A stretch of 64,000 bases of DNA, taken from Acidimicrobiia bacterium. Its GTDB lineage: Bacteria; Actinomycetota; Acidimicrobiia; Spongiisociales; ZC4RG35. Location: the NCBI GenBank assembly GCA_965203555.1, contig CBDBCY010000004.1:1696001-1760000 (forward strand), written 5' to 3'. Shown in pieces: positions 37,932 through 46,427 of this stretch (positions are counted from its first letter, which is position 1; each line of letters starts with the position of its first letter). The translations under genes were made by a program, and so were the position numbers. The notes below the pieces were generated by a model. It was not told where the DNA came from, did no database searches, and saw nothing but the letters and a program-made list of their open reading frames with translations.

Positions 37932-39083
37932 TTGGTAGTCCCCATGAGTAATCTGGCCGCCGAGTACCGATCACTGAAAACCGAAATCGACGAGGCTGTG
38001 GGACGGGTACTGGCCAGCGGCAACTATGTTCTCGGCGACGAACTCGAGGCTTTCGAAGAAGCCTTTGCCGACTATGTGGGCGCCCGCTATGCAATGGGCG
38101 TTGGCTCGGGAACCGCGTCTTTGCACCTGGCCCTTGCGGCGCTGAATCTGGAGCCCGAAGACGAGGTCATCACCGTTCCCAACACCGACAACCCCACCGC
38201 CTCGGCGGTGACCCACGCCGGAGCGAATGTGGTCCTGGCAGACACCACCGAGGACACCTTCACCATGGATCCGGAGATGCTCGAGGAAAAGATCACTCCC
38301 CGCACCAAGGTGATCATCCCCGTTCATCTCTTCGGGCATCCCGCCGATATGGACCCGATCTGCCAGATCGCCGACCGGCACGGGATAACCGTGTTGGAAG
38401 ACTCGGCGCTGGCGGTGGGCGGCCAGTACAAGGGCCGGCGCACGGGAACCTTCGGACCGCTGGGATGCTTCAGCGTAGCGCCCGGAAAGATTCTGGGGGG
38501 CTACGGCGACGGGGGAATGGTGGTCACCGACGACCCCGATCTGGCCCACCGCATCCGAGTGCTCAGAAACTACGGCCATGCGCCTGGCATGCGGCTATCC
38601 GGAAAGGACCTGACCGGCGGGAGTGGTTGGAGGGTGTTGGAGGAGGGTTTCAACCAGCGGCTCGACACCATCCAGGCGGCGATCCTCAACGCCAAACTTC
38701 CCACCCTGGAAGATCGGATCGCTGGGCGCCGACGGGCTGCTGCCCTCTACCGGGAGATCTTTGCAGACACCCCGGTCACTGCGGTCCATGAGGCGCCATG
38801 GGCTCGTCACGTTTATTTCGCATACAACGCCATGATCCCCGAAAACATCCGCGACCAGGCGCGGGAGTATCTGGCGGCGCGAGGAATCGCCACCAGGCTT
38901 TACTACAACCCGCCCCTGCATCTGCATCCCGCCTATCGGTGGATGGGCCTCGGTCCTGGTTCTCTACCCGCTGCTGAAAAGACCGCATCGCGCATGATCG
39001 GTCTGCCTTGCTTCCCCCAGATCACCGAATCACAAGTGGAGGAGGCCGCGTCAACGCTACTGGAATTTGTGGGCGCTGCTTGA
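37932..39083 (+). CDS. DegT/DnrJ/EryC1/StrS-family PLP aminotransferase
   Basis: SGTASL, PVHLFGHPADM, LEDSA, PGKILGGYGDGG, NQRLDTIQAA. Confidence 0.88.
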   Translation: MVVPMSNLAAEYRSLKTEIDEAVGRVLASGNYVLGDELEAFEEAFADYVGARYAMGVGSGTASLHLALAALNLEPEDEVITVPNTDNPTASAVTHAGANVVLADTTEDTFTMDPEMLEEKITPRTKVIIPVHLFGHPADMDPICQIADRHGITVLEDSALAVGGQYKGRRTGTFGPLGCFSVAPGKILGGYGDGGMVVTDDPDLAHRIRVLRNYGHAPGMRLSGKDLTGGSGWRVLEEGFNQRLDTIQAAILNAKLPTLEDRIAGRRRAAALYREIFADTPVTAVHEAPWARHVYFAYNAMIPENIRDQAREYLAARGIATRLYYNPPLHLHPAYRWMGLGPGSLPAAEKTASRMIGLPCFPQITESQVEEAASTLLEFVGAA

Positions 39084-39478
39084 GCGGCCGACAACCTCCG
39101 GGGGGACACGTATGCACTCCCTGTGCGATCCCGCTCCCTGTTTGATCTGACGCCTTGGTCCGGTTCTGCCTGACCCGCTCAATTCCAGCAGGCCCGCGCA
39201 CGCCTGCGCCGGATCGAGCAAACCAGGCTTCTCCGGGGAGACTGTGAGCAAACCGGCGGCCCACCGGGCTGCCCGACGGGTGGTGGGACCGTTGCGCGCG
39301 GTCCGCGGACAGGCATTGCCCGCCCCCTGTTTGGACTCTATTCATCCTGAGCCAAAGGCTGACCCTCCCTCTCCACCGATTCTGATTGATCTCAACCGCA
39401 GACCCAGGTGGAGAACGGTCCCGAGCACCGAAGTAAAGGCATGCCCGGGAGGCTGTTCCTGACTTTTGGTTCCCCTTC

Positions 39479-39787
39479 CTAGCAGGCCAATGCGTAGCGG
39501 ATAGCCTGGCACACCCTTCTCATCGCGAGTTCGTCGAGAGTCCCGACACGGCTCGCCAATGACGACCTCCTCACCGTGTGAAGACCGTCGCAGTTGACCA
39601 CGCAGACGCGGCGAAGTCCGGCGCGGGCGTAATCGAACTCGACTTCAGCGTGGAGGCCCCGGATGGTGGTCGTGATTTCGGCAACGGTGACCAGCCTTCG
39701 CACGTCGATGACCTCTGGACGCGTCACTATCAGGACGGGTCGCATCTTGCCCCCGGCCTGCGCCAGCCATATCTCACCTCGGGTCAT
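39479..39787 (-). CDS. mazF: PemK/MazF-family toxin
   Basis: RGEIWLA, MRPVLIVT, AEITTTIRG, VVNCDGL. Confidence 0.85.
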   Translation of the reverse strand: MTRGEIWLAQAGGKMRPVLIVTRPEVIDVRRLVTVAEITTTIRGLHAEVEFDYARAGLRRVCVVNCDGLHTVRRSSLASRVGTLDELAMRRVCQAIRYALAC

Positions 39788-39993
39788 TCGTCTCCCCACG
39801 CCTCGGCATCTGTCCAGAACGGATCCGGCTGCTCGGGATATCGCTGGTACGCCGCCCGATCGGATTGTACCAAGGAGGCACGGACCGCTTCTGCGACCCC
39901 GCGGCGAGCAGCGGCCGAGACGTTGATGCCGAGACGCCGCGCCTGCTCGGCCAGATCCTTGCTCAAAGTGAAGGTGGTGCGTATACCAGCCAT
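39784..39993 (-). CDS. Antitoxin (CcdA-like RHH)
   Basis: RTTFTLSKDLAEQARRLGINVSAAA; ATGA overlap with the toxin. Confidence 0.8.
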   Translation of the reverse strand: MAGIRTTFTLSKDLAEQARRLGINVSAAARRGVAEAVRASLVQSDRAAYQRYPEQPDPFWTDAEAWGDE

Positions 39994-40067
39994 ACTAAAA
40001 TGCTAGCACGAAGCGACGCTGCCTTCCGGCTATCGGCTGGCTGGAGCGCCGGGAGGCAGGGACGGAT

Positions 40068-40880
40068 TCAGGAGGCGGAGGTGAGATCGCGGATCAAGGC
40101 TTCGCGGGTGAGATCTTCCGATCTGGCCCGTAGGTCCAGGTAGAGCACGGTCCCGATCACCGAGGCGAGGGGCACGCTCCACAGGCTGGCGAGCAGAGCC
40201 GCCAGGAATCCGGGAAACAGCCTGTAGAGAACCGCCATGGGTGGAGCGATCACCGCGGCGGACAGCAGAAGCACCCCGATGGTTCTCCAGTAGTGGGGCA
40301 GGATCAGCTGCCATGACCGCCGAAGTGCGGCAACGGGGGCCTTTCCCTGGACCATCACCGCCATCGGAGCGGCCCACCACGCCACCCCCAGCGCGATGGC
40401 GGGGAGAACCATCACGAAAGTCCACACCAGGAAGGGCAGGATGAGCTCCGCAGGCGCGGCAAAGGGATCATCCGCATAGAAACTCAGTTGCTCCAGCATC
40501 CCGGGAGCGACCACCGCCAAAATGACGGCCCCGATCATGATCATCACCGTCGCCACCACCGCCACTCCCAGCGTGAAGATCAGCGACATCCCCAGCATCC
40601 TCCCGAATCTGCTCCACGCCGCCCGGACAGATTCGGCGGCGGAGACCGGAAGGTCGACGCAGTGGGAGGCCGTGATCCATATGAAAGCGCCGGTGGCCAG
40701 GAGTTCGGTCAGCAACAGCAGCAAAGTCATCAGCAATCCGATGCCGGGAAGCCACTGGAGCAACGAGGGGACTCCCACCAACGCCAGGCCGATCGCCATC
40801 AGCGCGCCGAATCGCTGCTTGTACAGGGACCAGGAGAACCCGACGACCTCTCCGGCTCGGAGCGGGCGAAAATCCTGCAT
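40068..40880 (-). CDS. Integral membrane protein (glycerophosphodiesterase-membrane-domain-like)
   Basis: FRPLRAGEVV, ALRRSWQL, VLYLDLRARSE; several TM segments; GAGGAGG upstream. Confidence 0.72.
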   Translation of the reverse strand: MQDFRPLRAGEVVGFSWSLYKQRFGALMAIGLALVGVPSLLQWLPGIGLLMTLLLLLTELLATGAFIWITASHCVDLPVSAAESVRAAWSRFGRMLGMSLIFTLGVAVVATVMIMIGAVILAVVAPGMLEQLSFYADDPFAAPAELILPFLVWTFVMVLPAIALGVAWWAAPMAVMVQGKAPVAALRRSWQLILPHYWRTIGVLLLSAAVIAPPMAVLYRLFPGFLAALLASLWSVPLASVIGTVLYLDLRARSEDLTREALIRDLTSAS

Positions 40881-41054
40881 CGAAAAGTTCCTCCTCAGAG
40901 GCCGGCGTCCCGTATCACCAGCGGGAAGTCAGCGGAAGACCGGGCCGTCACGGCCCACTCTCAGATTACCGTCGTCGCCGTGATCCGGGTTCCGCTATCC
41001 GCATCAGGAGCATATGTCCAGAGGGTCTGTGAAGGGTCGGACGACCGGCACGGG

Positions 41055-41260
41055 CTAAGGGTCCTTTCGGGCAGTGGCGTCCCTCACGTTGACTCGGAAC
41101 TCGATGACGACGCGCTCCGCCAGCCAGTCGGCGTCCTCGAGCGTCACCCTTGTGCATCCGTGGGAAGCCGGAGAGGCGGGCACGCTGGTGGCGCCATGGA
41201 TGGCGAACCCTCCATCGAAGTACCAGGGCCGATACAGTAGGCCGAGAGGAGCGCGGCCGG
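41055..41260 (-). pseudogene. C-terminal remnant of an L,D-transpeptidase (YkuD) gene
   Basis: RAPLGLLYRPWYFDGGFAIHGATSVPASPASHGCTRV; no N-terminal part or start before the amidase stop at 41306. Confidence 0.72.
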
Positions 41261-41305
41261 TCGAACCCGCCCGGTGAAGAGCCAACCGAAACGTCGACTG
41301 CCGCT

Positions 41306-42709
41306 TCAGAACCCGGCAGAGACGGGCGGGGTCAGATCCCAGCCGGCTGCTTGGTGATAGGCCTGTCCGATGCGGGCGATCTCGGTCTCCGCCAAGGGAC
41401 GGCCGATGATCTGCAAACCGATCGGAAGCCCCGACGGATCGAAACCGCACGGAACGGAAAGAGCGGGCAGGCCGGTGAGGTTGGCCGGCGCAGTGGTCCT
41501 CACATAGGCCGAGATCACATCCTCGCCGGCCCCTCCGTAGTCGAAGAAGTCCTGGTCCTTCAGGGCAGCTGTCGCAGCCAGGGTCGGCGTGAGCATCGCC
41601 GTGAGGCGGTTGGAGTCGAAGCATCCCCGCACTGCTTTCCGGATGCGCTCCCTTCCCCGTATTGCCGTGAGGTAATACTCGGCGGGCATTACCAGTCCGG
41701 CGGCGAAGAGTGTCCTGATGGAAGGGCCGATCAAGTGGGGCGTTTCCACCATCAACTGCCGGTGATAGGCGGCGCCCTCGGTGCTGACCAGGGAAAACTC
41801 CACTTCCATCACCATGTCGAGTTCGTCGATCTCGACCGTCGCCACGTCGGCCCCCAAGTCGGCCAGCACCTTCACCGCGGCTTCGAAAGCCTCGGCCACC
41901 GATCGCTGAACCAGGTGACCCCGGTAGCGATCGACGACTCCCAGCCTCACCCCTTCCAGACCCCCGTCGGTAGCGGGATAGCCGTCCGGGGGACCCTCCG
42001 TCAAGGTGGTGGGATCGGAGGGGTGGAAACCGGAAATCACCGATTGGACCAGCATGCAATCGGCGGGGGTGGGCGCCAGCGGTCCGATATGGTCGAGCGA
42101 CCAACTGAGCGCCGCCACCCCACTCTTCGGGACCCGCCCGTAAGTCCCCTTCAGGCCGGCCGTCCCGCACAGAGAGGCCGGGATCCGGATCGAGCCGCCG
42201 GTGTCGCTTCCCAGCGCGGCGGCGGTGATGCCGGCGGCAACCGCCGCGGCGGACCCTCCGCTGGAACCGCCGGGAATGCGGTCGGTGTCCCAGGGGTTGG
42301 AGGCGGGCGGCGAAATAACCCCGCAGGCCAGTTCGTGGGTGACGGTCTTTCCCACGATCACCGCCCCGGCCGCTTTCAGACGTTCCACCACCGGAGCGTC
42401 GCGTCGGGCTGCGGGCACATCGGCATAGGCGGCGGATCCGCACCGAGTGGGGTGGCCGGCCATGTCGATGATGTCCTTCACACCCACCGGGATACCCGCC
42501 AGGGGGCCCGGGTCGATTCCCTGCGCCAACCGGCGGTCCACCCGGTCGGCCGCCTCCCGGGCGCCCCGCTGATCGATGATCCCGAATGCCTGCAGTCGGG
42601 GGTTGAGCTCCTCGGCGGCCGCCAGGGACCGGTCGGCCACTTCACGGGCGGAGATCTCACCGGAACGGATCCGCCGCCCCAACTCGGCGATGACTCCCCG
42701 AGGACTCAT
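41306..42709 (-). CDS. Amidase-signature enzyme (GatA/AtzE-like)
   Basis: GVKDII, GKTVTHE, GGSSGGS, GSDTGGSIRIPAS, SWSLDHIGP. Confidence 0.92.
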   Translation of the reverse strand: MSPRGVIAELGRRIRSGEISAREVADRSLAAAEELNPRLQAFGIIDQRGAREAADRVDRRLAQGIDPGPLAGIPVGVKDIIDMAGHPTRCGSAAYADVPAARRDAPVVERLKAAGAVIVGKTVTHELACGVISPPASNPWDTDRIPGGSSGGSAAAVAAGITAAALGSDTGGSIRIPASLCGTAGLKGTYGRVPKSGVAALSWSLDHIGPLAPTPADCMLVQSVISGFHPSDPTTLTEGPPDGYPATDGGLEGVRLGVVDRYRGHLVQRSVAEAFEAAVKVLADLGADVATVEIDELDMVMEVEFSLVSTEGAAYHRQLMVETPHLIGPSIRTLFAAGLVMPAEYYLTAIRGRERIRKAVRGCFDSNRLTAMLTPTLAATAALKDQDFFDYGGAGEDVISAYVRTTAPANLTGLPALSVPCGFDPSGLPIGLQIIGRPLAETEIARIGQAYHQAAGWDLTPPVSAGF

Positions 42710-42891
42710 TCCCATCGGGCGTCGAAGCTCAGCGCCGGCTCATCGGTCCGGGCCAATCGCTCCCGGACGGACTCGATTCCGGATCTCTGACCGTTCAGCA
42801 TCTCAGCCAACTCCGCCGTATCCCAATCTTCGGCCACCAGCCCAACGGCGATCAACAGATACCTGACGTCTTCGGGGCTGAATCCGCTCAT
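42706..42891 (-). CDS. Small GatC/AtzG-like amidase partner
   Basis: 61 aa, ATGA-coupled to the amidase, C-terminal DEPALSF. Confidence 0.65.
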   Translation of the reverse strand: MSGFSPEDVRYLLIAVGLVAEDWDTAELAEMLNGQRSGIESVRERLARTDEPALSFDARWE

Positions 42892-43322
42892 TGCCGTTCA
42901 GCGGCCGTGTAACGGTCGAAGACACCGGCAGCGTTCCTGCTGTACCAGGCAGTTACTTCCTCTGCAAACCACTGCGCCTGGGAAATGCTCTTCCCGGCGT
43001 CTTCATCCGTCCAGCTTCTCCCGTGAGCCTGGTCGTAGTCCGCTCTCGCGCGCTGCTCGAACAGGTTCGGCAGCACGGTGCCGCCCTCAGCGGGAAAATC
43101 GGAGTCGCGTATGGCAATTCCCGAGAATTCCCTCAGCACACCGGCATGCGTTTTGGCCCCGCTTCGGGCATGGGCGAGAATGCTCTGCGCGGCATGGAAC
43201 GCCGCATAATATGAAAGGGCGACCGCCACCCTGTAAATGCCGATGCGGCGGTTGTCCCTGGCATGCTGTACCGTGTCGTGTGCATCAGCCAGAAGCCCGA
43301 CTGCCTCCTGGTCGCATGTCAC
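42888..43322 (-). CDS. HEPN-domain protein
   Basis: SYYAAFHAA, KTHAGV, RARADY; GTG start overlaps the MNT stop (GTGA). Confidence 0.82.
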   Translation of the reverse strand: MTCDQEAVGLLADAHDTVQHARDNRRIGIYRVAVALSYYAAFHAAQSILAHARSGAKTHAGVLREFSGIAIRDSDFPAEGGTVLPNLFEQRARADYDQAHGRSWTDEDAGKSISQAQWFAEEVTAWYSRNAAGVFDRYTAAERQ

Positions 43323-43771
43323 GACCGTTCTTCCCGGTAATACTTCGACTCGAATACGCGGATGGCGTCCTTCCGCACGTTTCTGTAGAACATGGTGTCC
43401 CAGGTTCGAAATTGCTCTGGTCCGGCCCTCCAGATTGCGATGATGCAGGCGATGGAGATATCGAAAAAGGAGCAGAGCGCCGCCCACTCCCGGTCGAACT
43501 CGTCCTGATCGCGCGTGAAGTCTCCAACCAGGAGCACATCGAGATCCGACTCTTCGTGGTGATCCCCTCGCGCTCTCGATCCGTACAGCCAAACGCTTTC
43601 CAAGGCAGGCCCGTACACCGCTGCCAGCAAACGCCCGGCAATCCCGGCCGACCGGATGGCGTCCGCGCGAGTAGGCCACGGATCGACTCCGGAGGGCACA
43701 GATTCCAGTCGAGGTCTCTCGGCCGCTTCTTCGGCGGACACCTCCTCGAGGAGAGAAACCGTAGCAGGCAT
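43319..43771 (-). CDS. Minimal nucleotidyltransferase (MNT) antitoxin
   Basis: LYGSRARGDHHEESDLDVLLV. Confidence 0.85.
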   Translation of the reverse strand: MPATVSLLEEVSAEEAAERPRLESVPSGVDPWPTRADAIRSAGIAGRLLAAVYGPALESVWLYGSRARGDHHEESDLDVLLVGDFTRDQDEFDREWAALCSFFDISIACIIAIWRAGPEQFRTWDTMFYRNVRKDAIRVFESKYYREERS

Positions 43772-43810
43772 GTCCCGAAAGCGTAGCGATGCGCCGACAG
43801 CCGATACCTG

Positions 43811-44200
43811 TCACTTCGGAATGACCGCTATTACATCCACCTCCAGTTTGAGGCCGGGCAGACCCAGGGCCGCTGCCTGGCAGGCAGTTACCGCCGGGTA
43901 GGGGCCACCGCCGAACACCCGGCAGCGCACCTCCATCTCCTCGGGGAGTTCCCGGATGTCCTGGCAGAAGTAGGTGATCTTCACCACGTCGGCCAACGAA
44001 CCTCCGCACGCCTCCAGAACCTCCGCGATATTCTTCCAGATCTGTTCCGCCTGCTCACCGGTGGTCTCGCCCACGATCTCCCCCGCCGCGTCGAACGCCA
44101 CCTGCCCGGCCAGATAGACGGTGTCCCCGGCCCGGACCGCGTAGGAGTAGGGCTCGGGCGGCTCACACATGCCTTCGGGATTGATCGCCTCTATCTTCAT
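43811..44200 (-). CDS. RidA/YjgF-family protein
   Basis: PYSYAVRAGDTVYLAGQV, DVVKIT, PAVT, LEVDVIA. Confidence 0.9.
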   Translation of the reverse strand: MKIEAINPEGMCEPPEPYSYAVRAGDTVYLAGQVAFDAAGEIVGETTGEQAEQIWKNIAEVLEACGGSLADVVKITYFCQDIRELPEEMEVRCRVFGGGPYPAVTACQAAALGLPGLKLEVDVIAVIPK

Positions 44201-44256
44201 AGTCTGACTCTCCTGATTGTCGACATCGCCGGATTAACAAGCACCGACAAACACCT

Positions 44257-44514
44257 CTACAGGGGAGGTATTCGCACAGATTCTCCCCTCATGGTGGCAT
44301 CCCATGCCTCTGACAGTTCCCCTTGGCGCAACCTCGCCCACTTCCTGGTGATTCTCGCCGCACGGGGAGGAAGATATCCCCTCTTGATCTCCAACGTCCC
44401 GATTGCGACTACTGCGCGGTGCTCCCCGTACCTGACATGGAAGTGGGGTGGCTCATGGTCCCTGTAGTGGAAGGTGATGACTATGCCATGGAAACGGCTG
44501 ACTGTCGGGGACAT
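44257..44514 (-). CDS. DUF4160-family protein
   Basis: PTVSRFHGIVI, DHEPPHFHVRYG, GYLPPR, KWARL. Confidence 0.85.
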   Translation of the reverse strand: MSPTVSRFHGIVITFHYRDHEPPHFHVRYGEHRAVVAIGTLEIKRGYLPPRAARITRKWARLRQGELSEAWDATMRGESVRIPPL

Positions 44515-44831
44515 CAAGCAATCGGCTTCACTGGAAGGATATCTTCCAGTGGCCTACCGGTGACAGCCATGTAGACCGTTTCTGGGGCTATGTCGATGTT
44601 CCGATCCCACACCAGCGTGTCTCCCTCTATTCGCACTGTGCTGAACAGTTTCTTCTCCGTCTTCCACAAATCGAAGGGTTTCTCATTCACCAACTCCGAC
44701 AGATCCGCCTCCCCGGCCTCACCATTGTCGTATTCGACGCGAAGACACCAAGGCTTCCCCGGCACCTCCTCCACCCGCACAGGGTAAGGCGCCAGACCCT
44801 CAACCTGTCTCTGTTTGGTTGGATCCCACAT
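44514..44831 (-). CDS. DUF2442-family protein
   Basis: LRVEYDNG, DLSELV, FSTVRI, TLVW, DIAPETVY; ATG 44831 after AGGGGG. Confidence 0.8.
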   Translation of the reverse strand: MWDPTKQRQVEGLAPYPVRVEEVPGKPWCLRVEYDNGEAGEADLSELVNEKPFDLWKTEKKLFSTVRIEGDTLVWDRNIDIAPETVYMAVTGRPLEDILPVKPIA

Positions 44832-44869
44832 GTAACCCCCTTGTTTCGGGGAAGGCACCCTTCCCACAG

Positions 44870-45145
44870 CTATTCCAGAGGATCGATGGGAGAAGGATGC
44901 TCTCCTGTCCTGACCGACTCCCACGCCCTTCGAAGTTCCGACTTGTGCTCGTGTGCCCAGTCCTCGACGAGTTCTATGCACAAGGGCGGCAGCCAGCCAC
45001 TGGTCATCCTGAGATCTCTCACGCGGAAGACCGCCTCGCATTCGGGGCCGTCCCAATCCCAATAGCGCACATGGAAATCCGGCTCCCGACCGGTGTCTCT
45101 GTCGACACTCACCGTCATACCCAAGAATTCTGACACGGGACGCAT
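44870..45145 (-). CDS. Divergent DUF4160-family protein
   Basis: VSEFLGMTV, EPDFHVRY, GWLPP, VEDWAHEHKSEL, IDPLE. Confidence 0.75.
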   Translation of the reverse strand: MRPVSEFLGMTVSVDRDTGREPDFHVRYWDWDGPECEAVFRVRDLRMTSGWLPPLCIELVEDWAHEHKSELRRAWESVRTGEHPSPIDPLE

Positions 45146-45335
45146 GGTTACCAATGGTAGGGTTTCCAATCAGGTTCGGGGAGACGGCCTGTTGGAGGGG
45201 AATCAACCCAAGACGGCCGCCGTCTGGACCGCCGAGCCACCCCCGAGACCACCTACCAAAGACAGAACTGATCGGCGCACTACCGTTCGTTTGCCTAATC
45301 CGCCCGCTCGCTTGATGGTCGGCTCGACATCGGGA

Positions 45336-46427
45336 TCATCCGGGAACGACCACGGTGCGGATCGCCGAGTTTGACTCCAGGTTCTCAAAGCCCTTCTCCA
45401 TGTCGGAAAGCGGGATGGTGTGGGTAACCATGACGTCGAGGTCAAGGCTGCCCAGTTGGTAGAGGGAGTCCAGCACCGGGAAGTCCTGGGCCGGTATCCC
45501 CTCTCCGCCGTGGGTGGTCATCAGGGTGGAGGTGTTGCGAAAGAACGCCGACGGGTTGAGATCGGTCTCCGAACCCACCGGGGGAACGCCGATCAGGGTG
45601 GCGACTCCTCCGTAGGACAGCATCCCCAAAGCCTGCTCCAGGGTGGCGCCCATCCCAACCGCCTCGAAGGAGAAGTCCACTCCCTCGCCGTCGGTGAGAG
45701 CCCGCACCGCCTCGACCGCGTCTTCTTTGGCCGAGTTGACCGCGTGGGTGGCGCCCATCGACAACGCCCACTCCAGCTTGAGGTCGGAGATGTCCACCGC
45801 GATCACCTTCGAGGCGTTGGCCATCTTGGCGCCCTGGACCGTGGCAAGGCCGATGCCCCCGCAACCGATCACCGCGGCGGTGGCGCCGGGCCACACCTTG
45901 GCGGTGTGGAAAACCGCCCCGGTACCGGTCATCACCGCACATCCGAGCAACGAGGCGGACGTCAACGGCATGCCGTCGCTGACGGTGAAGGTAGCGCCCG
46001 CGTCCACCCCGATCCGCTCGGAGTACATCCCCAACCCCATGGGCACCTCCACCCTGGATCCGTCGGACGCCAACGAGACCGTCGGAGCGCGCGGCGAGGA
46101 ATTATTGCACCGCCGGGGATCGTTGCGCCGGCACATCGAGCATGATCCGCACGGGACCCGGCAGCCCACCGCCACCCGGTCGCCTTCCTTCAGGCGTGTC
46201 ACGCCCGAACCCACCTGCTCCACCACCCCGGCGCCCTCGTGGCCCAGCAACATGGGATAACGAGGCGCCCGCCCCGACTGGAGGCCCTTGGAGACCTTGT
46301 AGTCGGTCCGGCAGACCCCGGCCGCTTCCATCCTGAGGATCACTTCCCCCTCTCGGGGAGGGTCGAACTCGATGTCCGCAATCTCGATCCGTCCCGGAGC
46401 AGTCACCAGGGCTGCTCGGCTATGCAT
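45336..46427 (-). CDS. Zn-dependent alcohol dehydrogenase (class III/formaldehyde-dehydrogenase-like)
   Basis: GVCRTD, LLGHEGAGVV, CGSCSMC...C, LLGCAVMTG, IGCGGIG. Confidence 0.9.
   Translation of the reverse strand: MHSRAALVTAPGRIEIADIEFDPPREGEVILRMEAAGVCRTDYKVSKGLQSGRAPRYPMLLGHEGAGVVEQVGSGVTRLKEGDRVAVGCRVPCGSCSMCRRNDPRRCNNSSPRAPTVSLASDGSRVEVPMGLGMYSERIGVDAGATFTVSDGMPLTSASLLGCAVMTGTGAVFHTAKVWPGATAAVIGCGGIGLATVQGAKMANASKVIAVDISDLKLEWALSMGATHAVNSAKEDAVEAVRALTDGEGVDFSFEAVGMGATLEQALGMLSYGGVATLIGVPPVGSETDLNPSAFFRNTSTLMTTHGGEGIPAQDFPVLDSLYQLGSLDLDVMVTHTIPLSDMEKGFENLESNSAIRTVVVPG

Noticed and set aside
39084-39478. ~400-bp gap as an ncRNA or pseudogene
   Set aside because: No recognisable motif, repeat or convincing structure by eye.
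41055-42443. 462-aa ORF as a full gene
   Set aside because: Most of it is an alternate frame of the amidase; only the last ~70 aa look protein-like.
41306-42891. gatCA of the tRNA amidotransferase
   Set aside because: No gatB, the small protein is shorter than GatC, and the amidase reads GKTVTHE rather than GKTNxDEF.
42888-44009. 373-aa ORF as a large HEPN fusion
   Set aside because: The N part overlaps ridA and MNT in other frames; HEPN starts at GTG 43322.
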